Origin: Candidatus Iainarchaeum sp.
Lineage (GTDB): Archaea; Iainarchaeota; Iainarchaeia; Iainarchaeales; GCA-2688035
Direction of reading: 5' to 3'
NCBI GenBank assembly: GCA_028713935.1
Contig: JAQTNI010000007.1
Span: 1 to 32,000 of the forward strand
Length of the DNA: 32,000 nucleotides
Shown: piece by piece, positions 1-7,912 of the stretch
Layout of the letters: every line of letters starts with the position of its first letter
Position numbering within the stretch: the stretch's first letter is position 1
Program-made: the position numbers and the translations under genes
Notes under the pieces: model-generated
What the model saw: the letters and a program-made list of their open reading frames with translations, nothing else
What the model was told of the DNA's origin: nothing
The model's database searches: none

Positions 1-253
1 GGTAACTGTTGTTGTGTTTGAACCTGTTGTGGGTATACTGATAAAGTTTTTTTTCATCTATTTCGTCATCAATAATTAGATTGGTCTTTTTTAGCTTTTC
101 AAGGGCATTCTCATCACTCGGCAAAGCATTCGCTTGTAGAGCTTTTTTTACTTCGCCGTCAATAATTGAAATCGAACCGCTTAGAGTGTTGTATGCAATA
201 AAAAAATTCTCATCTTTTGTCGGAATAAAAAAATTATATTTTGAAACTTTCAT
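1..253 (-). CDS. Partial CDS (N-terminus only, runs off the left edge): N-terminal domain of a radical-SAM/SPASM-type maturase-like protein
   Basis: Absent from the ORF track because it is open at the window edge. Reverse complement from ATG 253..251 reads MKVSKYNFFIPTKDENFFIAYNTLSGSISIIDGEVKKALQANALPSDENALEKLKKTNLIIDDEIDEKKLYQY... The KYN...YNTLSGS...IID.E...DDE pattern is the usual N-terminal module ahead of the CxxxCxxC cluster in SPASM maturases. The cluster itself lies outside the window. Confidence 0.4.
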   Translation of the reverse strand, partial: MKVSKYNFFIPTKDENFFIAYNTLSGSISIIDGEVKKALQANALPSDENALEKLKKTNLIIDDEIDEKKLYQYTHNRFKHNNSY

Positions 254-316
254 TTCCAATCCCTTCCCTTAAACAAATCTGTTTTGTCACATCATATCTA
301 TTTGGTTGAATTTTAT

Positions 317-691
317 TCAATTTGTTGGCTGATTTTTTGTTATTTCATTTTTGTCAAACATTTGGTCCATTTCTTCGTCCGGAGTTAATTCTTTTGTCTG
401 GCTCGTTTTTGCATAATTTTCCTCAAAGCTTATTACAAATTTTTTTACTTGTTGAATCCATTCTGAATTCAAGTAATATTTTTTGTTGTAATGCACAACA
501 ATTTCTTGTGCTAGCAAGTTTTTCAGTGTTTTTTGCACTGCTTGATAAGTAATGGCTATTCCTTGCCTTTTGGTTAGCAGGGAGTAAATTGTTTTTGTTG
601 TCAATGGCCAGTTTTCTGTTAAAATTGAAACAATGTGGTCTCTTGTGTCTGCTTGCTTTTTTTGAATGCAAGGCAAAATCAAAGCAATCAT
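317..691 (-). CDS. Small winged-helix DNA-binding protein
   Basis: 124 aa. HIVSILTENWPLTTKTIYSLLTKRQGIAITYQAVQKTLKNLLAQEIVVHYNKKYYLN has a helix-turn-helix plus wing pattern. Divergent from the 821..2107 gene. Confidence 0.55.
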   Translation of the reverse strand: MIALILPCIQKKQADTRDHIVSILTENWPLTTKTIYSLLTKRQGIAITYQAVQKTLKNLLAQEIVVHYNKKYYLNSEWIQQVKKFVISFEENYAKTSQTKELTPDEEMDQMFDKNEITKNQPTN

Positions 692-820
692 CCTGTGCTC
701 TCCTTTTTGGTTGTTTTTGTTTAGACTGTTCTGTATTGATTGCAGTGATTTTCCTTATTATATATTTTTAGCAATACCGTACAACTTTGTTGTAAAAATT
801 AGATAACTTTTTATGCTGTT

Positions 821-2107
821 GTGGTTTCATATATTTTTATGGAATTGCAGTTATCTGACTATTTTATTGTGCCTAATGGCAACAAGGCTGTTTTGGACAC
901 TATTTCATTGCAGGCGTCTAATGAGAAAGAAAGAACCAATATTTTTTTCACTATTGGATATTATAATGCAAATTATTATTATCTTTCGCAATTAGTGTCT
1001 CTTGCAAAATTTTTCTCTTCTAGCAAAAACTCTTTTTTGTATATTCTCTTGTCAGATACTGACATAATTTATAAGAAAAGAAAAGGCCCTATTTCGGGTG
1101 ATGAGTTTTTTTTAATAGAGAAAAACATTGTAGAAATGAAGAATATTTTGGTTTCTCTCGGAGCAAAAGAAGAAAACATATTTATTTACAGGTTATCTGA
1201 AGCGTTTTTGAGATTGATTGAACGTGATAAACGGCAAGTAATAAACCTTTTTAGTGCTTTAATTCGTTTTCCAAACCAAGAATTAAAAATGGATCCAGAA
1301 ATGGCAAAATTGCAATATAGGCCACTTAATTATTCCTATACCATTGCTTATGCTCTTAGAGCATTTTTAGACTCAATTTTGGCAGCAAATTTTTCCACGC
1401 TCTATCCCGAGGACATAGAGGGCAAAATCAATATTCGTGTTATTGGATATGGTGGAAGTCCATTGGAATTCAAAGTTAATGAACAATTATTGAAAGAAGA
1501 CCTTATTTCAAATTCACCGCCAATTCTAATAACATTGCCTATCCCTTGTTTTGGCAGAGGCGACAAAAGCAGTGGAAAATTTTGCATTCCTGACTGGAAT
1601 ATGGGCCCAGAGGAAATTTATTCAATAATTAGCCAATACAAGGTTCCTTCAAGCCACATACAACTTTTTTTCTCTGAATTGTTAAACAAAAACCTCGAAA
1701 AATTTATTGTATTAGAAGGGAGCTCTAAAAAAATTGAAAGTAAACCCCCCAAATTGGCATTATACCCTATAGATTCACAAAGGCTAATATTGGCACACAA
1801 TTTGTTCAACTTTCTTCGAGAAACAAAAGAGAAGACCTACAAAACAAAAACTTTGCCTGATTTCTTGTCTGTTTCGAAAGAAAGCGAAATGAAAGAATTG
1901 CTCAGAACGCTCAAAAGCAAAGTAGCGCGCGACATTTTAAGATTAACTAATGGCGAATATACCGTGTCAGAATTAGCAAAAAAATTGAATAAGCACATTT
2001 CAAATGTAAGCCGCATTGTTAACGAGTTAAAAAAAATGGATCTAATAAGAATTGATGAAAAAAGGAAAATCCACAAAGGAGTTAAGACAATAAAGGTAAA
2101 TCTCTAG
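821..2107 (+). CDS. Hypothetical protein: degenerate class-I (TyrRS/TrpRS-like) catalytic-domain look-alike fused to a C-terminal ArsR-type wHTH
   Basis: The track start is GTG 821; ATG 839 (MELQLSDYF) is more likely. The C-terminus ILRLTNGEYTVSELAKKLNKHISNVSRIVNELKKMDLIRID is a typical ArsR/TrmB wHTH. The N-terminal ~300 aa runs parallel to archaeal TyrRS: FFTIGYYNANYYYLSQLV...ILLSDTD vs IGFEPSGKIHLGHYLQI...ILLADLH, and LPIPCFGRGDKSSGKFCIPDWNMGPEEIYSIISQ vs [36 protein letters not shown]. The HIGH and KMSKS motifs are not conserved. Confidence 0.55.
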   Translation: MVSYIFMELQLSDYFIVPNGNKAVLDTISLQASNEKERTNIFFTIGYYNANYYYLSQLVSLAKFFSSSKNSFLYILLSDTDIIYKKRKGPISGDEFFLIEKNIVEMKNILVSLGAKEENIFIYRLSEAFLRLIERDKRQVINLFSALIRFPNQELKMDPEMAKLQYRPLNYSYTIAYALRAFLDSILAANFSTLYPEDIEGKINIRVIGYGGSPLEFKVNEQLLKEDLISNSPPILITLPIPCFGRGDKSSGKFCIPDWNMGPEEIYSIISQYKVPSSHIQLFFSELLNKNLEKFIVLEGSSKKIESKPPKLALYPIDSQRLILAHNLFNFLRETKEKTYKTKTLPDFLSVSKESEMKELLRTLKSKVARDILRLTNGEYTVSELAKKLNKHISNVSRIVNELKKMDLIRIDEKRKIHKGVKTIKVNL

Positions 2108-2885
2108 CTTTTTGTTCAATTAAATTGCATATTTCAACCGCTGCTTTTTCCCTAATTGTGCTAAAAGAAGGCCATTCATTAAAATCTATAAGCACAGCAT
2201 TACTTTTAGTGAAAATAATGTCCCCCCCGAACACGTCTGTTTTCAAAACAGTAGTTGCCTTTAAAGCAATTTTTCTAATCAAACTAAGTTCGATTTGGGA
2301 AACCTGTTCTAAACTTGTTGGAGGTAAAAGAATAGTATTGCCAATCCCATAAAACTTGATTTCTTTACCTTTTACATATTCTTGGATTAGCACATTTTTT
2401 ACCCCCTTTTTGTGCAAACAATTCAAGGCTTGGTTTAAATCTTGGCTGCTTTTAATCAAGAATTTTTCATCTGCATCGCCAAAATGATTATCCCCATCTT
2501 TTAGAAAAAAAGGAAATTCGGTTTCATTAAAACAATCTTTAATGCTAACAATCTTTGTTTTTGGGATGGGCACTTTGCCATCAAAGAGTTTTGTAAATAG
2601 GTCTTTTCTGTTTATGCAAATCTTAACACTTTCAGGCGGATTAATTATAAGCACACCGTGGTTCTTGATTTTATTTAACTTGTCAAGTGTTTCTAGGTTT
2701 CTTGAAAGCGAAAAAATAATGTTAGTGGAATTTAATCCATCAAAATCATTAAGCAGACTAACCGAATAGTTTCTAGAAAGAAGTTCATCTTTAACAGCTT
2801 CGGCAATAAGCTTATCACTATCTGCTTTTGCACCCTTATTTTTTTCCCGGTAAAATCCTAAAACCTTCAACTTTGACATAAACAA
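2082..2885 (-). CDS. ATP-grasp domain protein (ligase/kinase, substrate unknown)
   Basis: 267 aa. FPFFLKDGD...LIQEYVKGKEIKFYGIG...DVFGGDIIFTKSNAVLIDFNEWPSF matches the ATP-grasp central and C-terminal lobes. Its 3' end overlaps the 821..2107 gene by 26 nt in convergent orientation. Confidence 0.65.
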   Translation of the reverse strand: MFMSKLKVLGFYREKNKGAKADSDKLIAEAVKDELLSRNYSVSLLNDFDGLNSTNIIFSLSRNLETLDKLNKIKNHGVLIINPPESVKICINRKDLFTKLFDGKVPIPKTKIVSIKDCFNETEFPFFLKDGDNHFGDADEKFLIKSSQDLNQALNCLHKKGVKNVLIQEYVKGKEIKFYGIGNTILLPPTSLEQVSQIELSLIRKIALKATTVLKTDVFGGDIIFTKSNAVLIDFNEWPSFSTIREKAAVEICNLIEQKARDLPLLS

Positions 2886-2931
2886 CTTTTAGGGGAAATA
2901 GATTAAAATAGTTTGCAAATGGGGTAATATC

Positions 2932-3687
2932 ATGGGAAAAATTGTTTTAATGTTCGATTTAGACGGTACAATCCTAGACACTAATATCCAACATGCCATT
3001 TTGGCTGCAGAAGTAATGCACAATCATTTTGGATTATCGCCAAAAGAAGCTACCAAGAGATATCATGAAACCTCGGGAATTCCCTTTCCAAGGCAATTAG
3101 AAAAAATTTTTCCAAACGCTACAGAGGGACAAAGAAAAAAATGCGCCGAAGAATACGCAAGCCAAAAGCGACGAATCTATGAAAATGCGCGCTTGTTCGG
3201 AGATGTTATACCCACTCTTGAAGCATTACACCAAAAAGGCTATGAACTAATTCTCTCATCAGCTGCTGCTCCAGAACTTATTGACCTTTCTTTGAAAAAA
3301 TTTGGGTTAACTAAGTATTTTTCTGAAGTTTATGGAGAATCAAGAGGATTGAAAGCTCAGCATATCAATGCATTACGCGCTGAAAGGGCAAATCATACTG
3401 TTGTTTTTGTTGGTGATTCTCGTTACGATGTAAGCTTTGGCAAAACCGGCCAAGTCGTTACTATTGGCAGAGCAGGCAAAAGAAGAGAAGGCTTATGGCG
3501 CATACCTGCCTTGTACAAAGCGGGGGCCACTGTTGCAACAAAAGATCTTAGGATTTTGACAAAACTAGACCTTGAAAAAGTAGCAGCAACAGCCACAAAA
3601 AATAGGCGCGTTATACGCAAATCCCCAACAAAAAATCCATATCCTTTGAGAAGAGTGCTTGGAAAGATTCGCCGCATAAAACCATGA
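2932..3687 (+). CDS. HAD-superfamily hydrolase (phosphatase-like) with a basic C-terminal tail
   Basis: Motif I FDLDGTILDT, motif II LILSSA, motif IV FVGDSRYD. The C-terminus KNRRVIRKSPTKNPYPLRRVLGKIRRIKP is strongly basic. Confidence 0.8.
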   Translation: MGKIVLMFDLDGTILDTNIQHAILAAEVMHNHFGLSPKEATKRYHETSGIPFPRQLEKIFPNATEGQRKKCAEEYASQKRRIYENARLFGDVIPTLEALHQKGYELILSSAAAPELIDLSLKKFGLTKYFSEVYGESRGLKAQHINALRAERANHTVVFVGDSRYDVSFGKTGQVVTIGRAGKRREGLWRIPALYKAGATVATKDLRILTKLDLEKVAATATKNRRVIRKSPTKNPYPLRRVLGKIRRIKP

Positions 3688-3753
3688 CTTGCCCTATAAT
3701 TAATAAGAAGAATCAATTTTTTTTAAGCCGAAAAATAAAAAACTTTGGAATTG

Positions 3754-4359
3754 TTAAAAACCCATTTTTTTCTTAATACTTTTTCCTGTGAATTTTGCAA
3801 AAGGCTCTGCCTGCGGGGTATGATCTAAAACAACTTCAAACTTTGTAATCCCTTTGGAAATTAAAAGTTTTCTAGAAAAATAGTCTAACAAACTTCCAAT
3901 GCCTTCTCTCCGATACTCTGGTTTAACTAAAACCCCGCCATGCGGAGCAATGCCGTCTTCTCCCTTCCTTAAAACATATTTCCTGTCCATTGCGCCAATA
4001 TAAACTTCTTTGTTTCCTTCCCAAGCATTTGCAAGAAAAATAGCCTGATGATATCCAGGGGATAATTCAGCATGCATTTCCCTTATAATCAATAAGCGAC
4101 TGGTTTTTGGGATAACATAACAATTCACAAACTTAAAGCCATTCGCATAACCAGAATAAACAATAATATTGGGCACGCTAATTGGTTCGCCTCGAAACTC
4201 AAAATTAATTTGATTGCCAGAACGTTGAACCGGTAACTTTGTTCGCATTATTTGCCTAACCTTGCCAAAATAGCTTTGAGTTGCTTCCGATTCTGCTTCT
4301 GCAGCAGGGCGTTTTGGAGGCCGAGAGGCATTAACAGGTTTTCTGCGTTTACGCGACAT
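3754..4359 (-). CDS. GNAT-family N-acetyltransferase with a basic N-terminal extension
   Basis: GGVLVKPEYRREGIGSLLDYFSRKLLISKGITKFEV is the GNAT motif A (R/Q-x-x-G-x-G). The N-terminus MSRKRRKPVNASRPPKRPAAE is Lys/Arg-rich. Confidence 0.65.
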   Translation of the reverse strand: MSRKRRKPVNASRPPKRPAAEAESEATQSYFGKVRQIMRTKLPVQRSGNQINFEFRGEPISVPNIIVYSGYANGFKFVNCYVIPKTSRLLIIREMHAELSPGYHQAIFLANAWEGNKEVYIGAMDRKYVLRKGEDGIAPHGGVLVKPEYRREGIGSLLDYFSRKLLISKGITKFEVVLDHTPQAEPFAKFTGKSIKKKMGF

Positions 4360-4467
4360 CTGATCAATACTAATAAGCCGTTAACAATATTTAAACATTT
4401 ATAAGCCAAATCAGTTCTCTGTGCTTAGAAGGTTTTCTTTTTAAATGAAATTCTCATAACTAATATT

Positions 4468-5235
4468 ATGAGTTCAATTTCGGAATTATCTTGTGCGATT
4501 AAAGCAGCAAAGTCTTGTGAGACGATTATTTCAACAAGTTTTAGAAAATCCATGGCCTACGAAAAAAAGAGTGCCCAAGAAGTTGTAACCAAAGTAGACT
4601 TTGCTTGTGAAAATGTTATTAAAAAAATTTTGAAAAAATCTTTTCCGGATTATGGTTTTGTTGGAGAAGAAACTTCACCAGAACTTTTAGAAAACGGTTG
4701 TTTTTGGATAGTTGATCCAATTGATGGTACTACAAATTTTTTGCACGGTTTGCCGTGTTTTGTTGTATCCATTTGCCTTATAAAAAATAACGAACCTGTT
4801 ATCGGAGTAATTTTTGACCCAATACATGGCGAATTATTTTCAACAGAAAAAGGAAAAGGAGCTTTCCTAAACAAAACCAATGCATTTGTTTCAAAAACAC
4901 CGGATCTCGCAGATTGCATAATCCAATTTAACTCTGCGTATAATCATCGGAGCGAAGCTGGCGCATTAATACAAAAATTTGGCGACAAAGTTCGTGACCC
5001 CCAAATGGGGAGAAGCACTGCATTACAAATGGCTGACATTTGTTGCGGTAGAAGCGACGCATTCATAAAAATAGAAGCAAAAATCTTTGACTTATTGGCA
5101 GGAATTCTTTTAATCAAAGAAGCTGGCGGAAAAATTACGACATTCGAAGGTAAAGAATTCAAACTATTCAAAGACAAAAACATAGTTGCCAGCAATGGAA
5201 AAATCCACGAAGCACTCCTAAATGAACTTAAGTAA
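4468..5235 (+). CDS. suhB: Inositol monophosphatase / archaeal FBPase-IMPase family protein
   Basis: GFVGEE, WIVDPIDGTTNFLHG and FDLLAG (WD-x-x-AG equivalent) are the IMPase family metal-binding motifs. Confidence 0.85.
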   Translation: MSSISELSCAIKAAKSCETIISTSFRKSMAYEKKSAQEVVTKVDFACENVIKKILKKSFPDYGFVGEETSPELLENGCFWIVDPIDGTTNFLHGLPCFVVSICLIKNNEPVIGVIFDPIHGELFSTEKGKGAFLNKTNAFVSKTPDLADCIIQFNSAYNHRSEAGALIQKFGDKVRDPQMGRSTALQMADICCGRSDAFIKIEAKIFDLLAGILLIKEAGGKITTFEGKEFKLFKDKNIVASNGKIHEALLNELK

Positions 5236-5333
5236 TAACATAGACGCTAGCTAATTTGTGGCGTAAAGAGGCGACGTCTATTTTTGACCGAAACAAGGAA
5301 AGTATTTTAAAGATTAAAAACTAATTTTTTATT

Positions 5334-6569
5334 ATGTCACTAAAGTATGATGTGCTTGTTGTTGGTGCGGGCATTTCGGGTTGTATTTTTGCAATGAGTG
5401 CTGCAAGAAACGGTGCGAAAGTTTTGCTTGTTGAAAGAAAGAACGAAATAGCCGCGCCACTTAGAGGCGGTGAAGCTTTTTGCAAGCCTTTTTTTGATTT
5501 GCTTGCTGAAGAAATGCCTTTTTTGAAAACAGTTCCAAAGTGGGAGCTTTCTGGGACGAAAATGGTTTTGGAAAAGTTTGAGATTCTTAACAAAGAACCC
5601 AAGTGGCTTGCATATATGTTAGAAAGAAGAGTTTTCGAAAAAACTTTGGCCATAGAGGCGGTTAAAAGTGGCTGTGAAATTTTATTGGCTTCTACTTTTA
5701 GGGGTTTTATTTATAACAAAGGCTTAGCAACTGCTGCAATTGTTGATACCCCGGATGGAAGAAAAAAGATAACCGCCCGCGTTTTTGTTGGTGCGGATGG
5801 TTATGCTTCTAAAGTGAGGTCTGTTTTAGGGCTAAAACAGTTTTCAAAAGACTTGGGTACGGCGATTGAAATTGAAATGGCTGGTGCAAAACTTTCAACA
5901 GAAGAATACATTCAGATTTTTGTGGGGCAAGTTCCTGGGGGGTATGCTTATATTTTTCCAAAAGGCGGTGGGCGAGTTGCAACTGGGGTTGGAATGCGTC
6001 CATTGATTGAAGCTGGCAAAAAAAAGACGCCCATAGAATATTTTAATTTACTTAAGAATGAAATTCCCGAGCTGCATTCACAGCTCCAAAATGCAGTGGC
6101 TTTGGAAATTAAGGGCGGCTGCATAGATTTGGAAGGGCCAATAGCGGCAGTCCATAAAAATATTTTGTTAGTTGGCGATGCGGCAAATCAAAGTTTTGCA
6201 TATGTGGGAGAGGGGATTCTTCCTGGCATGGTTGCCGCGCAAATAGCCGGAGAGGCAGCTGCACAATATATTAAAAATAATGATCTCATAATTTTAAAAA
6301 ATTATGAAAAAGACTTTTTGGCATCAGAAATAGGCAAAGAAGTCTTGCATACTGCGGAAATAAAAGATGCAATAAATTTTGTTTTGGCTTCTAATAAATC
6401 TAAGGAGTACAAGCAATTTTTTACTGCTTTATTAGAAATGGAAATAATTGATTGCAGCAAAGCGGCAGTTAAAGAAACAATGAAAAATAACACGGTACAA
6501 GAATTAGTTGAATTAGCAAAAGTCAAGATAAAAGAAAATAATTTTAGTGTTGAAATTATCCAAAGATAG
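5334..6569 (+). CDS. Geranylgeranyl reductase family flavoprotein (archaeal lipid saturation)
   Basis: FAD dinucleotide fold YDVLVVGAGISGCIFAMSAARNGAKVLLVERK. GADGYASKVR and PGGYAYIFPKGGG are characteristic of GGR. Confidence 0.85.
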   Translation: MSLKYDVLVVGAGISGCIFAMSAARNGAKVLLVERKNEIAAPLRGGEAFCKPFFDLLAEEMPFLKTVPKWELSGTKMVLEKFEILNKEPKWLAYMLERRVFEKTLAIEAVKSGCEILLASTFRGFIYNKGLATAAIVDTPDGRKKITARVFVGADGYASKVRSVLGLKQFSKDLGTAIEIEMAGAKLSTEEYIQIFVGQVPGGYAYIFPKGGGRVATGVGMRPLIEAGKKKTPIEYFNLLKNEIPELHSQLQNAVALEIKGGCIDLEGPIAAVHKNILLVGDAANQSFAYVGEGILPGMVAAQIAGEAAAQYIKNNDLIILKNYEKDFLASEIGKEVLHTAEIKDAINFVLASNKSKEYKQFFTALLEMEIIDCSKAAVKETMKNNTVQELVELAKVKIKENNFSVEIIQR

Positions 6570-6741
6570 CGTTTGTTGGGCAAAGCCCTACACAAACCTT
6601 GTTTTTGCAACTTTTGCATTTTTTTTCATTTATTGTTAAATCCATGCCTTTTGAATCAAACGCATTCTTTGGGCAAAAATTAAGACAAGCAAAACACTTA
6701 ATGCATTTTTCAGGAATGATTTTTGTCATTTTAATCACCAA
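6556..6741 (-). CDS. Small 2x[4Fe-4S]-type ferredoxin
   Basis: 61 aa with CIKCFACLNFCP (CxxCxxCxxxCP) and CKSCKNKVCVGLCP. It overlaps the stop of the upstream same-strand gene (6731..7891) and is convergent with GGR, overlapping it by 14 nt. Confidence 0.75.
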   Translation of the reverse strand: MVIKMTKIIPEKCIKCFACLNFCPKNAFDSKGMDLTINEKKCKSCKNKVCVGLCPTNAIFG

Positions 6742-7891
6742 TGTGCTTTTTGTAATCCCTTGGGATCGGCGCTATTACAAACAAGGATGGCAAGTATATT
6801 TTATTATAACTAATTTTTTTTCCAGAAAGATTTTTTATTAATACACACCCAAAATCAAATTCCGCTTTTTCTCCGCCAACCAGTTTTAGTGAATTTTCTC
6901 TCCATTGTTCTTTTTCCCAAAAACAATCAACAAAAAGAGAGTAACCTTTGTTTTTAATGTACTCTTCATTTTGAGTTAGCAATTCAAAAACCAAATGCGC
7001 TGCAATATTGGTTTTTCTTTTGTCCCGCAGTATAAATTCAAACGGCGTGTAAGCAAAGAAAAAACTGTGGTTTTTACTGTAATGTGGTTTGCCAAACATC
7101 CATCCGCTCCAAGCGCCAACAAAATATAACAAGACTGATTCTATGGTATCTCCTTTTTTTGCTATCAGTCCGTGCGCAATTTTGTCGTTGAAAATTTTTT
7201 GCAAGTGTTTTTTTGTGTAAACCATGGAAAATTGAACATCTTTGTTGTGTAAATTTATAAAATCGGCAACTTTGCCCAAGTCATTTTTGTTTATTTTTTC
7301 AATGCTTAATTGTTCTTCCTTTCTGTGCATTTTATTTTTTAATGAAATATTCCAGCGCCCGAATCTTAGCACAATTTTCCAAAGCATGCCAAGTTGATTT
7401 TCTTTTTTGGCGCCTAAAGAAATTCGTAAATCGCTCCCCGCAGGGTACCAGTAGAATCCATTGATTTGTTCATATTTTCTTTTTTCAAAAACTTTTTTGT
7501 GCTTTTCAACGCGGTTTACAAAATCCCAGCCAAAAATAAGTTTTACTTTCTTTTTTTTAGCTTCTTTTTCAATTTCTTCAAAAAGCTTATCAAATATTTC
7601 AAAATAATTTGAATGCATTTCCGGCAGAATACAGTTGTCCACAAAAAAAGCAATTTTTTGTTTTTTTCCGTTTACTCTGCCATAAAAAAGGATTGCCCCC
7701 AATGAAGCGACTATTTTTCCGTTAATTTTTGCTATTCTTATTATTGTGTCTTGGTCTAAATAGCGGTGTATCCATTTTGGGGGGAACCGAAAGTATTCAA
7801 ATTCTTTTTTTTGGTGGTATGTTGATTTATAAAACAGGGCTAAGAGTTCTTTATCGTCTTTTTCATTGTAATTTGCAATTTCTATTGACAT
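6731..7891 (-). CDS. Hypothetical protein, probable tandem GNAT-like acyltransferase fold
   Basis: 386 aa, very AT-rich. The N-terminal half (IIRIAKINGKIVASLGAILFYGRVNGKKQKIAFFVDNCILPEMHSNYFEIFDKLFEEIEKEAKKKKVKLIFGW) resembles a GNAT core. The second half repeats a similar beta-rich layout. The assignment rests on pattern only. Confidence 0.45.
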   Translation of the reverse strand: MSIEIANYNEKDDKELLALFYKSTYHQKKEFEYFRFPPKWIHRYLDQDTIIRIAKINGKIVASLGAILFYGRVNGKKQKIAFFVDNCILPEMHSNYFEIFDKLFEEIEKEAKKKKVKLIFGWDFVNRVEKHKKVFEKRKYEQINGFYWYPAGSDLRISLGAKKENQLGMLWKIVLRFGRWNISLKNKMHRKEEQLSIEKINKNDLGKVADFINLHNKDVQFSMVYTKKHLQKIFNDKIAHGLIAKKGDTIESVLLYFVGAWSGWMFGKPHYSKNHSFFFAYTPFEFILRDKRKTNIAAHLVFELLTQNEEYIKNKGYSLFVDCFWEKEQWRENSLKLVGGEKAEFDFGCVLIKNLSGKKISYNKIYLPSLFVIAPIPRDYKKHIGD

Positions 7892-7912
7892 TCAAAATTC
7901 ACTTTCTTTTTT

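Noticed and set aside
81-272. 63-aa plus-strand ORF at the left edge
   Set aside because: It is antisense to the edge-truncated radical-SAM-like N-terminus, which has a much more protein-like sequence.
2082-5235. A dedicated inositol-phosphate pathway formed by the ATP-grasp (ITPK-like?), HAD phosphatase and IMPase genes
   Set aside because: The ATP-grasp sequence shows only generic ATP-grasp features. The genes are on alternating strands with their own intergenic regions. There is no sequence-level evidence for a shared pathway.
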